A stretch of DNA of 64,000 nt from an uncultured bacterium. Lineage in GTDB: Bacteria > Verrucomicrobiota > Verrucomicrobiia > Limisphaerales > UBA8199. A program made the translations under genes and the position numbers. The stretch lies in contig CAVVMW010000001.1 in NCBI GenBank assembly GCA_963749495.1, forward strand, positions 1-64,000. Reading direction: 5' to 3'. Every line of letters begins with the position of its first letter. The first letter of the stretch is position 1. Shown one piece after another: positions 1-10,979 of this stretch. The notes beneath the pieces are model-generated. The model had not been told where the DNA came from. It was given only the letters and a program-made list of their open reading frames with translations, and did no database searches.

Positions 1-618
1 GGAAAGGGAGCGGGCAGTTGCCGGCGGAGTTGCGGCAAATGCCTGGGACAAGAGGCTGCCAAACGGCGCCCAGGCGGACGTCTGCCCGCCCTCGCTGACG
101 ATGCGGAACGCCGCGCCGAACAGCGCGGTCAGCATGAGCAAGCCAATCAGGCCGAGAATGAGGTTTGTGTTCAGGCTAAGGTGCAGATACTTCCGGCGCG
201 AAGAAAAGCCGCCTGGCCACCGCCACGCCAAGCGCGATCAACACCAGCACCGAGAAGACCTCCACGAACAGCTCGATAAGCTTGACCTGGTCGGGGTAAG
301 GAACGGGCAGGAACGGAAACAACCCGCGCACAGGGCCCAATTGAAACAGGCTGCGTAGATGACAAAGCCCCAGAAGATCAGGAAGTGGGGCAGACCGATG
401 CTCCGCTCGTTAAAGATGCGCGGCTGCAACAGCACGTGTTTGATGAGGTGTTGAACGCGCCGGCCAAGCCCGTCGAAACGGTCTTCGTAGCGCCCCTGCC
501 GCAACAATCCGATAAGCTGCCAAACCCGGTAGCCGAAGACGCCAAAGGCCACGAGGGTCAACAGCCACAACAGCAGCAAGCCCGGCAACCCGAGAATGGT
601 GATCTTAACCGGATCCAT
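1..618 (-). CDS. Membrane-bound Fe-S oxidoreductase (FadF/HdrD-like), N-terminal membrane part; runs off the left edge; frameshift near 325
   Basis: ORF 238..618 has hydrophobic helices and the HFLIFWGF motif. Hydrophobic reading continues in another frame to position 1. It lies directly downstream of etfA. Confidence 0.65.
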
Positions 619-624
619 AGGCTC

Positions 625-1596
625 TCATCCTTTCCGCGCTTTCACTTTGTCGGTCAGGACGGGGAGGAGTTCCAACACGTCGCCGACCACGCCGTAATGC
701 GCCCCGTCGAAGATGGGCGCCTTGGGATCGGTGTTGACGGCGATGATGCACTGCGAGTTCTGCATGCCTTCCCAATGTTCCGGCGCGCCGCTGATGCCCA
801 GGGCCAGATAGACCCGCGGCTTGACGGACATGCCGGACTTGCCGACCTGGCGGCTCAACGGCAGCCAGCCCTGGTCAATCACGGGCCGCGAGGCGCACAC
901 CGCGCCGCCCAGAACCTGCGCGAGGTCCTCGGCCAGTTGCACGTTGTCCTGCGTTTGAATGCCGCGCCCCACGCCGACGAGCACATTCTGCTTGGTGATG
1001 TCCACGTCGCCGGTTTCCGGCTCAAGATACTGCTTGAATGTCACTTTCGGCGCCTCGACCGGCACCTCGACCTTCTCGACGGGCGGCGTCTTGTCGCTCT
1101 TGCCTGCTTGGGCTGGAAACGCCCCCGGATAGATGCTAACGATGCCGCGCCCGTCCGGGAGCTTCACATCCGAAAGAATCTTGCCGCCGAACAACTGGCT
1201 GGTGAGCAGGACGGTAGCGCCGTCAGCCTTGGCCGCGCGACAGAAGTTAACCAGGGGCAGGCCAGCCTGCGCCGAGAGGATGGACCCGATGCCCAGCGAG
1301 ACGTTGGTGCACCCCAGCAACACCGTCCAGGCCTGGGTCTTGTCCACCAACGCCTTGAGCGCCGCGGCAACAGTGCCTGCGGGCGCCAGGTTCAGTTGCG
1401 GATTGTCCACGACAAACACCTTGTCCGCCGCGCCCAGTTTGGCCGCGAGCGGCGCGGCTTCGCTGCCAAGCAGGGCGGCGTAAAGCGGGGCGCCCGACGC
1501 GCCGGCCAGTGTGCGACCCACTCCCAGCATTTCGTAGGTGATGTCGGTGATTTCGCCCCGGAGTTGCTCTGCCAGAATCAGAATTGCGTTTGCCAT
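625..1596 (-). CDS. etfA: Electron transfer flavoprotein alpha subunit
   Basis: 323 aa with FAD-binding motifs ASRPVID, QVGKSG, YLALGISGAPEH and AVNTDPKAPIF. Confidence 0.95.
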   Translation of the reverse strand: MANAILILAEQLRGEITDITYEMLGVGRTLAGASGAPLYAALLGSEAAPLAAKLGAADKVFVVDNPQLNLAPAGTVAAALKALVDKTQAWTVLLGCTNVSLGIGSILSAQAGLPLVNFCRAAKADGATVLLTSQLFGGKILSDVKLPDGRGIVSIYPGAFPAQAGKSDKTPPVEKVEVPVEAPKVTFKQYLEPETGDVDITKQNVLVGVGRGIQTQDNVQLAEDLAQVLGGAVCASRPVIDQGWLPLSRQVGKSGMSVKPRVYLALGISGAPEHWEGMQNSQCIIAVNTDPKAPIFDGAHYGVVGDVLELLPVLTDKVKARKG

Positions 1597-1609
1597 AAGC
1601 TTAGCCTCC

Positions 1610-2385
1610 TTAGATCACACCGCTTTTCGCGAGCACTTCCACGAGTTTATCCGCAACCTCCTCCGGCGCGCCTTCAAGCATCTGCGCCCGGCCGGCCGCC
1701 TCCGGTTTGTAGGTCCGTTCGACCTCGAGTTGAATCGGACGGTCGGGCGGTGGAAGGTCCACCGTCTCGATTTTGGCAGACTTCATCACGGCCCGCACTT
1801 TGGCCACGGGCACGTAGCGGGGCGGTTTCTCGGCGGACTGAATGCCCAGCACAGCCGGCAGCGTGACCTCGAATTCCGCGCGGAGGCCGCCGGCAAACTC
1901 CTTCCGGACGGTGGCCTTGCCATTCGCCGGCACGATGCCGCACACGACGCCGACGTACGGCAGATTCAACGCTGCGGCCAGGAAGGGGCCCAACTCGCCC
2001 TCGAGGTCGTCAATTGCTTGCGAGCCGGGCAGCAGGAGGGTGTCCGGCGTGATCTGACCCGAGGCGGAGCCAAAGAACCCAGCCAGCACCTTGGCGGCGG
2101 CGACGGTGCCCAGGCGGCCTGGTTGACGGGGATTTTCACCGCCCGGTCGGCGCCCTTGGCCAGCGCCGTGAACAGCACGTCATCAACCTCCGGCGCGTCC
2201 AGGCTCACGACCGTCACCTTACCGCCGTGTTTTTCCTTGAGGATGAGCGCCTGCTCCAGCGCGTGCTCGTCCGGGTCGTTGAGTTTGAACCGGAGGAATT
2301 CCGAATCCAGTGACTTGCCGTCAGCGGAGACATTGAGTTCCTCCACCGTATCCGGCACCATTTTGAGTAGGACGTAGAGGTTCAT
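1610..2385 (-). CDS. etfB: Electron transfer flavoprotein beta subunit (frameshift near 2105)
   Basis: N-part (LLKMVPDT, NDPDEHALEQAL, ALAKGADRA) in ORF 1966..2385. C-part (GSQAID, PPRYVP) in ORF 1610..2089. Confidence 0.9.
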
Positions 2386-2399
2386 AGGTTGCAGCAGGC

Positions 2400-3295
2400 T
2401 TACTTACCGGCCAGGGCCGGTTCGGGTTTCCGGGCTTGGGTGATGGCGGGCATCACGGCGACCAACTCCGAGCCGATGCCCAAACGTTTGGGCGGGATGC
2501 CCAGCGCCAGACCGATCAACTGCGTGAAATAAAGCACCGGCAGGTTGAACTCCGTGTTGAACTCGCGATTCACCTGCTTTTGATAGCATTCCAGGTTAAC
2601 CTGGCACAATGGGCAGGCCGTCGCGATGAGCGCGGCGCCCGCCTTGAGCGCGCATCCAGGAGGTTGCGCACCATGCTGAGCGCGGCTTCGCGGTTGGTGA
2701 TGATCAACGCCCCGCTGCAACAGGTGAGCCGAAGGGGGTAGTGGACCGGCACCGCGCCCAACGCCGCCACGAGGTCCTCGAAGAACCGTGGTTGCTCAAC
2801 GTCTTCCTTGGCTTTCCTGGGCCGCAGGATCTGGCAACCATAGTAAGGCGCCACCCGCAGGCCGCCCAACGGATTCGTTACTTTGGCTTTGATTTCCTTT
2901 AGCCCAACGTCTTGAACGAAGACCTCGATGAGGTGCCGCACTGCGGCAGTACCGGAGAACTGGAGGTTGTCCTCGGCCAGGGCGGCGTTGATGTGCTCGG
3001 CCAGGTCCGGGTCGTGTTTCAGTTGTTCCCGGGCGAAGAACATGTTCTTGTAGCAACCGCTGCACGGGGCCACCAGGTTCAGGTTCTCCTTCTCCGCCAT
3101 GGCGATGTTGCGCGCGGACAACGTGTAGGCGAGCAATTCATCCACGTGGAAGTAAGCGGTGGCGCCGCAGCAGTTCCAATCTTCCAGTTCTTGGAGTTCC
3201 ACGCCCAAAGCGCGCGTGGTTTCCATCGCGGAGAGGTGGTAGCTGTGCGCCATCTTTTCCAGCGAGCAGCCCGGGAAATAAGCGTAGGTCTTCAT
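2400..3295 (-). CDS. hdrB: Heterodisulfide reductase subunit B-like CCG-domain protein (frameshift near 2650)
   Basis: YFPGCS, WNCCG, APCSGC, YYGC and TCCSG in ORF 2570..3295. TACPLCQVNL and PVLYFTQLIGLALG in ORF 2400..2720. Confidence 0.9.
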
Positions 3296-3897
3296 TCAGC
3301 GTCTCCCAATGGGATGATGTGCTGGATCATCCGCTTGAAGTTGTCGAGCCGCTTGATCCGGGCCGGCAGCAGGGGAAGCCTGCCCTTGAGCATCAGGGCG
3401 GTGGCGGTCTGCGCTTCCTGGATCATTTCCGGCAGGCCATAGGTGAAGAGGTAGGTGGTGGCCAGCACCGGTTCGTAAGAACGACCGGTGCGCAGGATCA
3501 TCTTCACGAAGGTCTCGGAGAACGTGGGGCCGATCAGTCCCTTCTGATATTGGGTCTTCCAGACCGTGTAGCGCTTGAGGGCGTACATCAGTTCGGCGAT
3601 GTCAATGCCCCGGGGGCATCGGACCGTGCACTGGTAGCACGAGGCGCAATACCAATAGGTGTTGGCGGCCAGTACCTGCTCCTTGAAGCCCGCCCGGATC
3701 ATGGCAATGATCCGGCGCGGCGAATTGTCCATGAAGCCCCCGGACGCCACCGGACACGTCGCCGAGCAGGTCCCGCACTGTGTGCACGTGTTGATCGGGT
3801 TACCCTTTGCGGCGTAGAGCAAATTGCTGATCTCCTCGACGAAGGGGATGCCGTTTTCCGGGGGGGCGGTGGTCGTCTCAGCGAGGGCGGCGTTCAT
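3292..3897 (-). CDS. hdrC: Heterodisulfide reductase subunit C-like 2x[4Fe-4S] protein
   Basis: CTQCGTCSATCP and CASCYQCTVRCP motifs; overlaps the hdrB start by 4 nt. Confidence 0.88.
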   Translation of the reverse strand: MNAALAETTTAPPENGIPFVEEISNLLYAAKGNPINTCTQCGTCSATCPVASGGFMDNSPRRIIAMIRAGFKEQVLAANTYWYCASCYQCTVRCPRGIDIAELMYALKRYTVWKTQYQKGLIGPTFSETFVKMILRTGRSYEPVLATTYLFTYGLPEMIQEAQTATALMLKGRLPLLPARIKRLDNFKRMIQHIIPLGDAE

Positions 3898-4316
3898 TTG
3901 CTCTTGGCCTTTCGGCTCTCGGCGGCTTCCAGCAAGCCGCGGACTTTCTCCAGCAGCAGTTTGGGCTCAACCGGCTTCTCGACCAACTCGTCCACGGCCA
4001 CAAAATGCGGATGCACGGCCTGGCCGGGGAAGAGGAAGGCCATCTGTTCGCGGATGCCAGTGATAATCAGCACCGGCAGCTCGCGCAGCTTGGGGTCTTT
4101 GCCCAGCTTGCGGGCGATCATTATCCCTTCCGCCCCGCGGCCCATCATGACGTTGAGCAGCAGCAGGTCATAGGCCTTGGATTTCAGGGCTTCGAAGCCG
4201 TCTTTAGGATTGTAGGCGGTGTCCACTTCGTACTTCGCCCTGACGAGGATGGACTTGATGCCGGCAACAAAGTCGGGGTCATCGTCAATGATCAGGAGTC
4301 GTTTCGGTTCGTTCAT
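3894..4316 (-). CDS. Single-domain response regulator (receiver); phosphoacceptor position reads Asn
   Basis: ATG at 4316 (MNEPKRLLIIDDD); motifs DLLLLNVMM, LPVLIITG and VEKPV. Confidence 0.85.
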   Translation of the reverse strand: MNEPKRLLIIDDDPDFVAGIKSILVRAKYEVDTAYNPKDGFEALKSKAYDLLLLNVMMGRGAEGIMIARKLGKDPKLRELPVLIITGIREQMAFLFPGQAVHPHFVAVDELVEKPVEPKLLLEKVRGLLEAAESRKAKSK

Positions 4317-4320
4317 ATTA

Positions 4321-5454
4321 TTAAACCTTAGGTTCAATGGTTGAACTGGATTCGGACTTAGCCCGCGCCACTGGCAGGTGAATCGTGAAGGTGCTGCCTT
4401 TGCCGGGCTCGCTCTCGGCGCTGATCGAGCCGCCGTGGACCTCGACAATCCGACGGCTGATCGCCAAGCCCAACCCGCAACCGCTCACGCCTTCGGGTTG
4501 CGTTTGGCCCCGCGCGAAATCCTGGAACAGGCGCGGCAGGTCCTCTTTGGCTATGCCCGGGCCCGTGTCCGTTACGGACACGACCACCCCTGAGTTCTGG
4601 GCTTCGGCTCGCACCCGGACCTTGCTGTTGGGAAAGCTGTACTTCACCGCATTGCCAAGCAGGTTCACCAGCACCTCGGTCAGGCTGCCCTCATCGCCGT
4701 TGAGCCGGGGAAGTGCTTCCCCGACGGCGGTCTCGATCTCAATGGCCTTGCGCGTGGCCTGCGGCTGGACCGTCTCCGCCGCCTTGGCCACGATTTCCGC
4801 CACGGAGATCGGTTTGAAAGTTTCCTTCAGCCGGTTGATGTCCACCGAGAAGACTCGCAGCCACGAATGAATCAGCTTCAGCAAGTCGTCCAGCCGGGTC
4901 TTCAGGCGCGCGAAACGCTGCTGTTGATCCTCGGAAAGCTTGTCTTCCAGCTCGCCGACCAGAGCGTAGAGGTTCTGTTGCAGCGCGCCCAGCGGAGACT
5001 TCAGCTCGTGCGAGACAATCGCGGCAAAGTTCTCCCGCAGCACCTCCTTCTCCCGGCGCAGCGCCACCGTTTGCTGCACCAGGCGGCTGTGCTCCAGCCC
5101 GCGCTTGGCAATCAGCCGCAGCTCCTCGGGCGTGAACGGCTTGGGCAGAAAATCGAACGCCCCCTTCTTCATCGCCTCTACGGCCGAACTCACCGTCGCA
5201 TAGCCGGTGATCACGATCACTACCATCAGCGGCTGCTTGGCCCGGATTTGTTCCAGCACTTCCAGCCCCGAAAGCCCCGGCATCTTCAGATCCAGGAAGA
5301 TCAGATCGGGCGGCGCCTCCTCCAGCCGCTTCAGGCCTTCCGCGCCGTTGCTGGCCGTCGTCACCCGGCAGTCGCCACCGTCCAGCACCTGCGTGCAGGA
5401 ATCGAGCACTACTTCCTCGTCGTCAATTACCAGGATTTTACGCTTGGGCTGCAC
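4321..5454 (-). CDS. Hybrid receiver + histidine kinase
   Basis: N-terminal receiver (VIDDE, DLKMP, KPF), H-box SHELKSPL, N-box NLLGNAVKY, G-boxes DTGPGI and GCGLGLAI. Confidence 0.93.
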   Translation of the reverse strand: MQPKRKILVIDDEEVVLDSCTQVLDGGDCRVTTASNGAEGLKRLEEAPPDLIFLDLKMPGLSGLEVLEQIRAKQPLMVVIVITGYATVSSAVEAMKKGAFDFLPKPFTPEELRLIAKRGLEHSRLVQQTVALRREKEVLRENFAAIVSHELKSPLGALQQNLYALVGELEDKLSEDQQQRFARLKTRLDDLLKLIHSWLRVFSVDINRLKETFKPISVAEIVAKAAETVQPQATRKAIEIETAVGEALPRLNGDEGSLTEVLVNLLGNAVKYSFPNSKVRVRAEAQNSGVVVSVTDTGPGIAKEDLPRLFQDFARGQTQPEGVSGCGLGLAISRRIVEVHGGSISAESEPGKGSTFTIHLPVARAKSESSSTIEPKV

Positions 5455-7462
5455 GCGGAGTGGTTTCCTGTTCGCTGCTCACGGGCAAGCGGATGGTGAA
5501 TGTGGCGCCCTGGCCTTCCTCGCTCGCCACGGTGATGGTGCCTTTGTGCTCCTGGACAATGCCGTAGCTGATCGCCAGGCCCAGGCCCGTCCCGTGCCCG
5601 ATCTCCTTCGTGGTGAAAAAGGGGCTGAAAATCCGTTCCAGGTCTTCTTCCTTAATGCCGTGGCCCGAGTCGGTGAACTCCACCTCCACCGCCCCGTCGG
5701 CTGGCACCTGCTGCGTGGTCAGCGTCAGTTGCCCCCCGCCATTCATCGCCTCCGCCGCGTTGAGGATCATGTTCATGAAGACCTGCTGGATTTGCGAGGG
5801 GTCCATGAAAACCGGCGGCAAGTCCGGGCTGAGGTGTTGCACAATCCGGATGTTGTGAAACAGCGCCTGGTCGTCCACCAGCGACACACATTCCTGCAGC
5901 ACGCGGTTCACGTTCGACAGCCGCTTCTCGGGCTTCCGCTGCCGCGAAAAATCGAGCAGCCCGCGAATAATGTCGCGGCACCGGTCGGCCTGCTTGACGA
6001 TCTTCTCCAAAGACTGCCGCGTCCCGTTCTCCGTGGACACCCGCTCCAGCAGCAGATGCGAGTAGGTCACGATGCCCTGCAGCGGGTTGTTGATCTCGTG
6101 CGCCACCCCCGCCGCCAATTGCCCGATGTGCGCCAGCCGCTCCGACTCCATGATCCGCCGCGTGGTAAACTCCCGCACCTTCTCGTCCCGCTTTTTCAGC
6201 GCCGCCGCCATGAAGTTGAACGCGTCCGCCAATTCCCGCAGCTCGTCATGCGAGCGAATCTCCACCCTGGCGTCCAGGTTCCCATGCGCCACCTGGTCGG
6301 ACGCCGACGCCAGTTTCTTGATCGAAATCGAGATCTTGCCCGAGATGAAGGATGCCAGCCCAAAGGCCACCAGCGCCCCGACCAGCGTGACCGCCAGAAA
6401 CACCATCACCGCGCGCTGCCGCAGATCCACATACTTCTGCTCCAGCACGCCTACGTACAGCATCCCGATGATTCCACCCGCCAGGTTCCGAATCGGTTCA
6501 TAGGCGGTGATGTACCAATGGTTCACCACAAACGCGCGGTCAATCCACGGCTCCCCTTTCTGCACGACCTTCTCGTAAACGTCCTCCGCAACCCGCGTCC
6601 CGAGCGCCCGCGTGCCATCCTCATTCTTCACGTTGGTCGAGATGCGCAGGTCATCCTGAAAAATCGTGGCGGTGCCGATGTCTTTGCCCTTGTATTGAAG
6701 GCTTTGGAAAACGGTCTGTTTAATCCGGTCCACAATCTCAAAGTTCCGGTTCAGCAAGACTCCGCCGTAAACGATTCCCAGCAGGTTCTTGGCAGAGTCA
6801 AGGATGGGAGCCGCGGCTTTGAGCATCATGCCGGCGGTTTCTTCCGTCTCTGGCCGCGCGCGAGCTTTGGGTGTAGTGATGAATTTGAAGTGGGCCTGGT
6901 CCGCCAGCGCCGGCGCCTCCCGGCGCAGGTTTTCGAGGGAGACGATGCACGAGGCAGCCACCGGCTCCCTGCGCTCGATGACGGCCCCAACGAGCTCATC
7001 GCCAGACTGGTCGTCACCTTCCTGGCCCGCATTGCCGGCGCGCAACAACACCCAACCGTGCCGGTCGGTGATCGTCAGCACGTCGAGCTTCTCACGTTCC
7101 CTCGTCAGGCCAAGCGCGGCGGCGGCTTGCTTGGTATCGCCGGACAACAACGCATTCATCAGCAGGATGCGGTCGGCGGTGAACCGCACCGCGTCGTTGA
7201 CCGATGCCAGCTTGTTCAGGTAGATTTCGCGCGCCGAATTGAGATCGGTCTGCACTTTGGCTTGCGCTTCGGCGACAATCCGGTTGCCAATGACTCGCAC
7301 CCCGACGACGCTGAAGACCCCACTGGTAAGGAGGATGATGAGCAAGAAGCTCAACACCAGCTTCGTCGTGATCCGCAGCCTGAAGCGGCGTAACCCGCCA
7401 AGCGCCGTCCTGGCAGGCTGTCCACCGCTTAGGGAGACAAATATGTCCGACAGCCTCTTCAC
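5438..7462 (-). CDS. Membrane sensor histidine kinase (Cache-like sensor domain, HAMP)
   Basis: Two TM segments flank a sensor domain (ATIFQDDLRISTNV, YITAYEPI). HAMP, then AHEINNPL, PFFTTK and GTGLGLAI. Confidence 0.93.
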   Translation of the reverse strand: MKRLSDIFVSLSGGQPARTALGGLRRFRLRITTKLVLSFLLIILLTSGVFSVVGVRVIGNRIVAEAQAKVQTDLNSAREIYLNKLASVNDAVRFTADRILLMNALLSGDTKQAAAALGLTREREKLDVLTITDRHGWVLLRAGNAGQEGDDQSGDELVGAVIERREPVAASCIVSLENLRREAPALADQAHFKFITTPKARARPETEETAGMMLKAAAPILDSAKNLLGIVYGGVLLNRNFEIVDRIKQTVFQSLQYKGKDIGTATIFQDDLRISTNVKNEDGTRALGTRVAEDVYEKVVQKGEPWIDRAFVVNHWYITAYEPIRNLAGGIIGMLYVGVLEQKYVDLRQRAVMVFLAVTLVGALVAFGLASFISGKISISIKKLASASDQVAHGNLDARVEIRSHDELRELADAFNFMAAALKKRDEKVREFTTRRIMESERLAHIGQLAAGVAHEINNPLQGIVTYSHLLLERVSTENGTRQSLEKIVKQADRCRDIIRGLLDFSRQRKPEKRLSNVNRVLQECVSLVDDQALFHNIRIVQHLSPDLPPVFMDPSQIQQVFMNMILNAAEAMNGGGQLTLTTQQVPADGAVEVEFTDSGHGIKEEDLERIFSPFFTTKEIGHGTGLGLAISYGIVQEHKGTITVASEEGQGATFTIRLPVSSEQETTPRAAQA

Positions 7463-7469
7463 ACCGGCG

Positions 7470-7640
7470 TCATCGATTCCCGCGAATCAGGGCATTAGCT
7501 TGCCCGCCTCGCATTGCGGAGTTTAGCAGCAGAGGATGCGAGTCTTCCAACTCCTCGCACCCGGGTGCTTCCATGACCTTTTTGCCGAAACCCTTCACCC
7601 GGTCCGCGTCGTATTTTATCATCCGTTCGATCTCCATCAT
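7470..7640 (-). pseudogene. Probable truncated N-terminus of a second HdrC-like protein
   Basis: GGAGG RBS before ATG at 7640/7637. MMEIERMIKYDADRVKGFGKKVMEAPGCEELE resembles, from recall, the HdrC segment just before the first CxxCxxC, which is missing here. Confidence 0.45.
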
Positions 7641-7942
7641 TGGCGCCTCCACGGCAGATGCTCTCTCTCCGACCCGCCCTGGACTGGCGGCCTGGAATCC
7701 AGTCGCCAGGGCGGCGATGCCTTACCGTCTCTAGAGCCACTCAAAGGGATTCAAAGGGAAAAATCTCAACATGGTTTGGCCAAGACTCTCCCTTTTTTGC
7801 GCCCGCGCACAGCCCTCGGCGGACCATTTCGTTAGCTTATTTTACAATGATAATTTGCTCGGCTCATGTCATGGCGGGGCGGCGCGTTCGGAAGCGACAC
7901 AAGCGACTTCAGGGACATAAGGGACTGGGTAACTTTTCAGGT

Positions 7943-8056
7943 GTGGGGCAGACCTCTGGTCTGCCGGTTCACGGAGCCTCCGGCTCCGTATCCCTTGCAG
8001 TTGCGAGGCTCGGGGCCAGAGGCCCCTGCAACCGGCAGACCGGAGGTCTGCCCCAC
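7943..8056. repeat. REPIN-like palindromic element
   Basis: GTGGGGCAGACCTCTGGTCTGCCGGTT ... AACCGGCAGACCGGAGGTCTGCCCCAC are near-perfect inverted arms, each with an internal hairpin. Confidence 0.8.
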
Positions 8057-8132
8057 GCGTCCCCACCTGAACAGTCGCGGGACGGGGTCCTGACCCATCG
8101 GGGAAACCAGGCAAATCTGCGGATTCCACGCC

Positions 8133-10678
8133 TCACCATGATCCCACTGGATCGATATCGATGGTAAGGGTGACATCCTCCGGCAGGGCCAGGGAGCGGT
8201 TGAGCAGGGCCAGGCGGCGGCTCAGAGGGCTCATTCGCTGGGTGCGGAGCATGATTTGGTAGCGGTAGAACGTCTGGGCGCGGAGCAGCGGCGCGGGGGC
8301 GGGGCCGGCCAGGATGAGGTCCTTGAAATCGGCCAGGGCCTTGTCCAACTCGCGCTTGAGGTGGTCGGCGGCGAACTTGACCTTCTCTTCGTTGCGCCCT
8401 TTGAGGGTGAGGAGGGCGATGCGGCTGAACGGGGGGTAGCGGAGTTGCTGGCGGAACTCGATTTCCTGCTCGTAGAACCCGGCAAAGTCGTGGCGGCGGG
8501 CGTGCTGAATGGCGGGGTGGAAGGGGGTGAAGGCCTGGACGAACACCTCGCCTTCGACGTCGCCGCGCCCGGCGCGGCCGGCCACCTGGGTGAGCAATTG
8601 GAAGGTCCGCTCGCCGGCGCGGAAATCGGGCTGGTGCAGGGCCAGGTCGGCATAGATGATGCCGACCAGGGTGACGTTGGGGAAGTGGAGGCCCTTGGCG
8701 ATCATCTGCGTGCCCACCAGGACATCGATCTTGCCGGCGCGGAAATCGCCCAGGATGCGCCGGTAGTCTTCTTTGCGCTTGAGGGCATCGGAATCCATCC
8801 GGACGACGCGGGCTCTGGGGAAGAGTTTGGAGAGGGTGTGCTCGATCTTTTGGGTGCCCATGCCGGCGTAGCGGATCTGGGGGCTGCGGCACTTGGGGTT
8901 GGGGCAGAGGGCCGGGACCGGCTCGATATGGCCGCAGATGTGGCAGATGAGCCTGGGGTCCTGGTGATGATAAGTGAGCGAGATGCTGCAGTTGGGGCAG
9001 CCGGCCACATAGCCGCAGAGGGGGCATTGGAGCGAGGTCGAGTAGCCCCGCCGGTTCAGGAAGAGGATGACCTGCTCCTTGCGTTCCAGGCGCTGGGCGA
9101 TGGCCTCCTTGAGTTGGGGCGAATAGATGGGGATGACCTGGTCCTTGCGCAGCGTCTGGCGCATGTCCACCACGCGCACCACCGGCATCTTCTTGTCGTC
9201 CGCCCGCTCGAGCATCTGCAAGAGGCGGTATTTGCCGTTGTGGCAGTTGTAGAAGCTCTCCAGGGACGGCGTGGCCGAACCGAGCACGACGGTGGCCCCT
9301 TCCATGCGCCCGCGCACGATGGCCACGTCCCGCGCATGATACCGCGGCGCCTCCTCCTGCTTGTAGGTGTGCTCGTGCTCCTCGTCCACGACAATCAGGC
9401 CCAGGGGCTCGACCGGGGCGAAGATGGCCGAGCGTGCGCCGATGACGATGCGGGCGCGGCCCTGGCGGATCTTGTGCCATTCGTCATGCCGCTCGCCCGT
9501 CGAGAGATGGCTGTGCAACACCGCCACCAGGGTCCGCAGCGGGCCGGAACTGAAGCGGGCCTTGAACCGCTCGACCGTCTGCGGCGTGAGCGAGATCTCC
9601 GGCACCAGGACGATCGCGCCCTGGCCCTTTTTCAAGGCATGGGCGATGGCCTGGAGATAGACCTCGGTCTTGCCGCTCCCGGTCACACCGTGCAGCAGAA
9701 AGGTGTGCGCTTCCACGGCTCCCTCGGGCGCGGCAGGGGATGGATGGATGGATGGATTGATGGATTGATGGATGGTGTGCGAATCCCCGGCTCCCTCGGG
9801 CATGGCAGGGGACCGATTTTGCGGTCCGGGCGCCGCGCCGACTGCAGCCACCTCAGTCCCCCCTGCGGCTCCCCGCCCCTCCCGCCGGCAGCGGCAGCAT
9901 CGCCCAGCACGAAAGTCCCCTGCCTCTCACTTCCTCCGTCCTCCGTCCTCCGTCCTCCGTCCTCCGTCCTCCGTCCTCCGCCCTCCGCCCTCCGTCCTCC
10001 GTCCTCCGTCCTCCGTCCTCCGCCCTCCGCCCTCCGTCCTCCGTCCTCGTCCATCGCCGCTGTGATGGCCTGAAGCGCCCGGGCCTGGGCCGGGTTCAGA
10101 GACAGGGTTTGGCTCGGCAGGATTCGCTCCGAGGCATACGGATCGCGCTCGGAGACCTGAGCGGAGATGACCGCCATGCCCTTGTCTTCGAGGTGCCGGA
10201 TAGTCGCCGCGGTGGTCTGCGCCAGTTCGAGGAGATCCTTGAGCGGCAGCTCGAGCCGCTCTTGGAGGAGCCGCCAGACCTCGGCCTGGCGTTTCGAGAG
10301 TTTGGGGGGCTGGTCCTGGACCGGCGCCGCGCGCACATAGAGGCGCTCGCGCCAGCCGGCCTTCTCATGACGGACCGCCTCGGGCAGCACCGCCTTGAGC
10401 GCGATCTCCGGGGCGCAGCAATAATACTCGCCGAGCCAGCGCGCCAACTTGAGGATCTTGGGCGTTACCAGGGCCTGGGCGCCGATGACTTTGAGGATGG
10501 GCTTAAGCCGGGCGCGCGCCGACTCCTCGGCCAGAGCGGTGACGCAGCCCAGCACTTTCCGCGGGCCGAAGGGGACCTGGACACGGCTGCCCACGTCCAC
10601 CTGCCCCGCCAGTTCGGGCGGGACCAGGTAATCGAACTCCTTGCGGAGGGCCAGTTCGAGGGTAACCCGGGCAATCAT
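8133..10678 (-). CDS. priA: Primosomal protein N' (replication restart helicase) with a low-complexity insertion of about 110 codons and one frameshift
   Basis: N-terminal FDYLVP and GSRVQVPFG; GVTGSGKTEVY, LVPEISLTPQ, DEEH, Cys-rich region, GTQMIAKG, QVAGRAGR. Confidence 0.95.
9933..10044. repeat. Heptamer tandem repeat (CCTCCGY)x16 inside priA
   Basis: 16 units counted directly; encodes EDGGRRT-type repeats. Confidence 0.95.
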
Positions 10679-10682
10679 CGTG

Positions 10683-10979
10683 TCAGCGCAATCGCTGAAC
10701 CCAATAATCCGGCCTCCGGCTCAAGTGAGCAAGCGCCACGATCCAGAATCGATCGGCCTGCTCCAGATACACAATCCGAAATGGGAATCGTCTTGTCTTC
10801 CAACTGCGGGTTCCGAGCCGGCCCGGTTTGCCCAGTTCAGGATGGCGTTGAATCTGTGGCAGCGTCATCTCGACAGCCGAGAGGAAGGCCTCTCCGAGGG
10901 TTGGGTTTCGACGCCCGTAGAATTCCGCCGACTTGACCAACTCACTTGCGGCGAGCCGATGGTAAGCGACGGGCTTCAT
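10683..10979 (-). CDS. RelE/ParE family toxin
   Basis: 98 aa; YHRLAASEL, RRFPFRIVY and IVALAHLSRRPDYW are typical of the ParE/RelE clade paired with addiction-module proteins. Confidence 0.88.
   Translation of the reverse strand: MKPVAYHRLAASELVKSAEFYGRRNPTLGEAFLSAVEMTLPQIQRHPELGKPGRLGTRSWKTRRFPFRIVYLEQADRFWIVALAHLSRRPDYWVQRLR

Noticed and set aside
9933..10044. Heptamer slippage as the cause of the priA frameshift (phase variation)
   Set aside because: The C-terminal frame has a TGA at 9927-9929 right after the array, so changing the heptamer count cannot restore the ORF.
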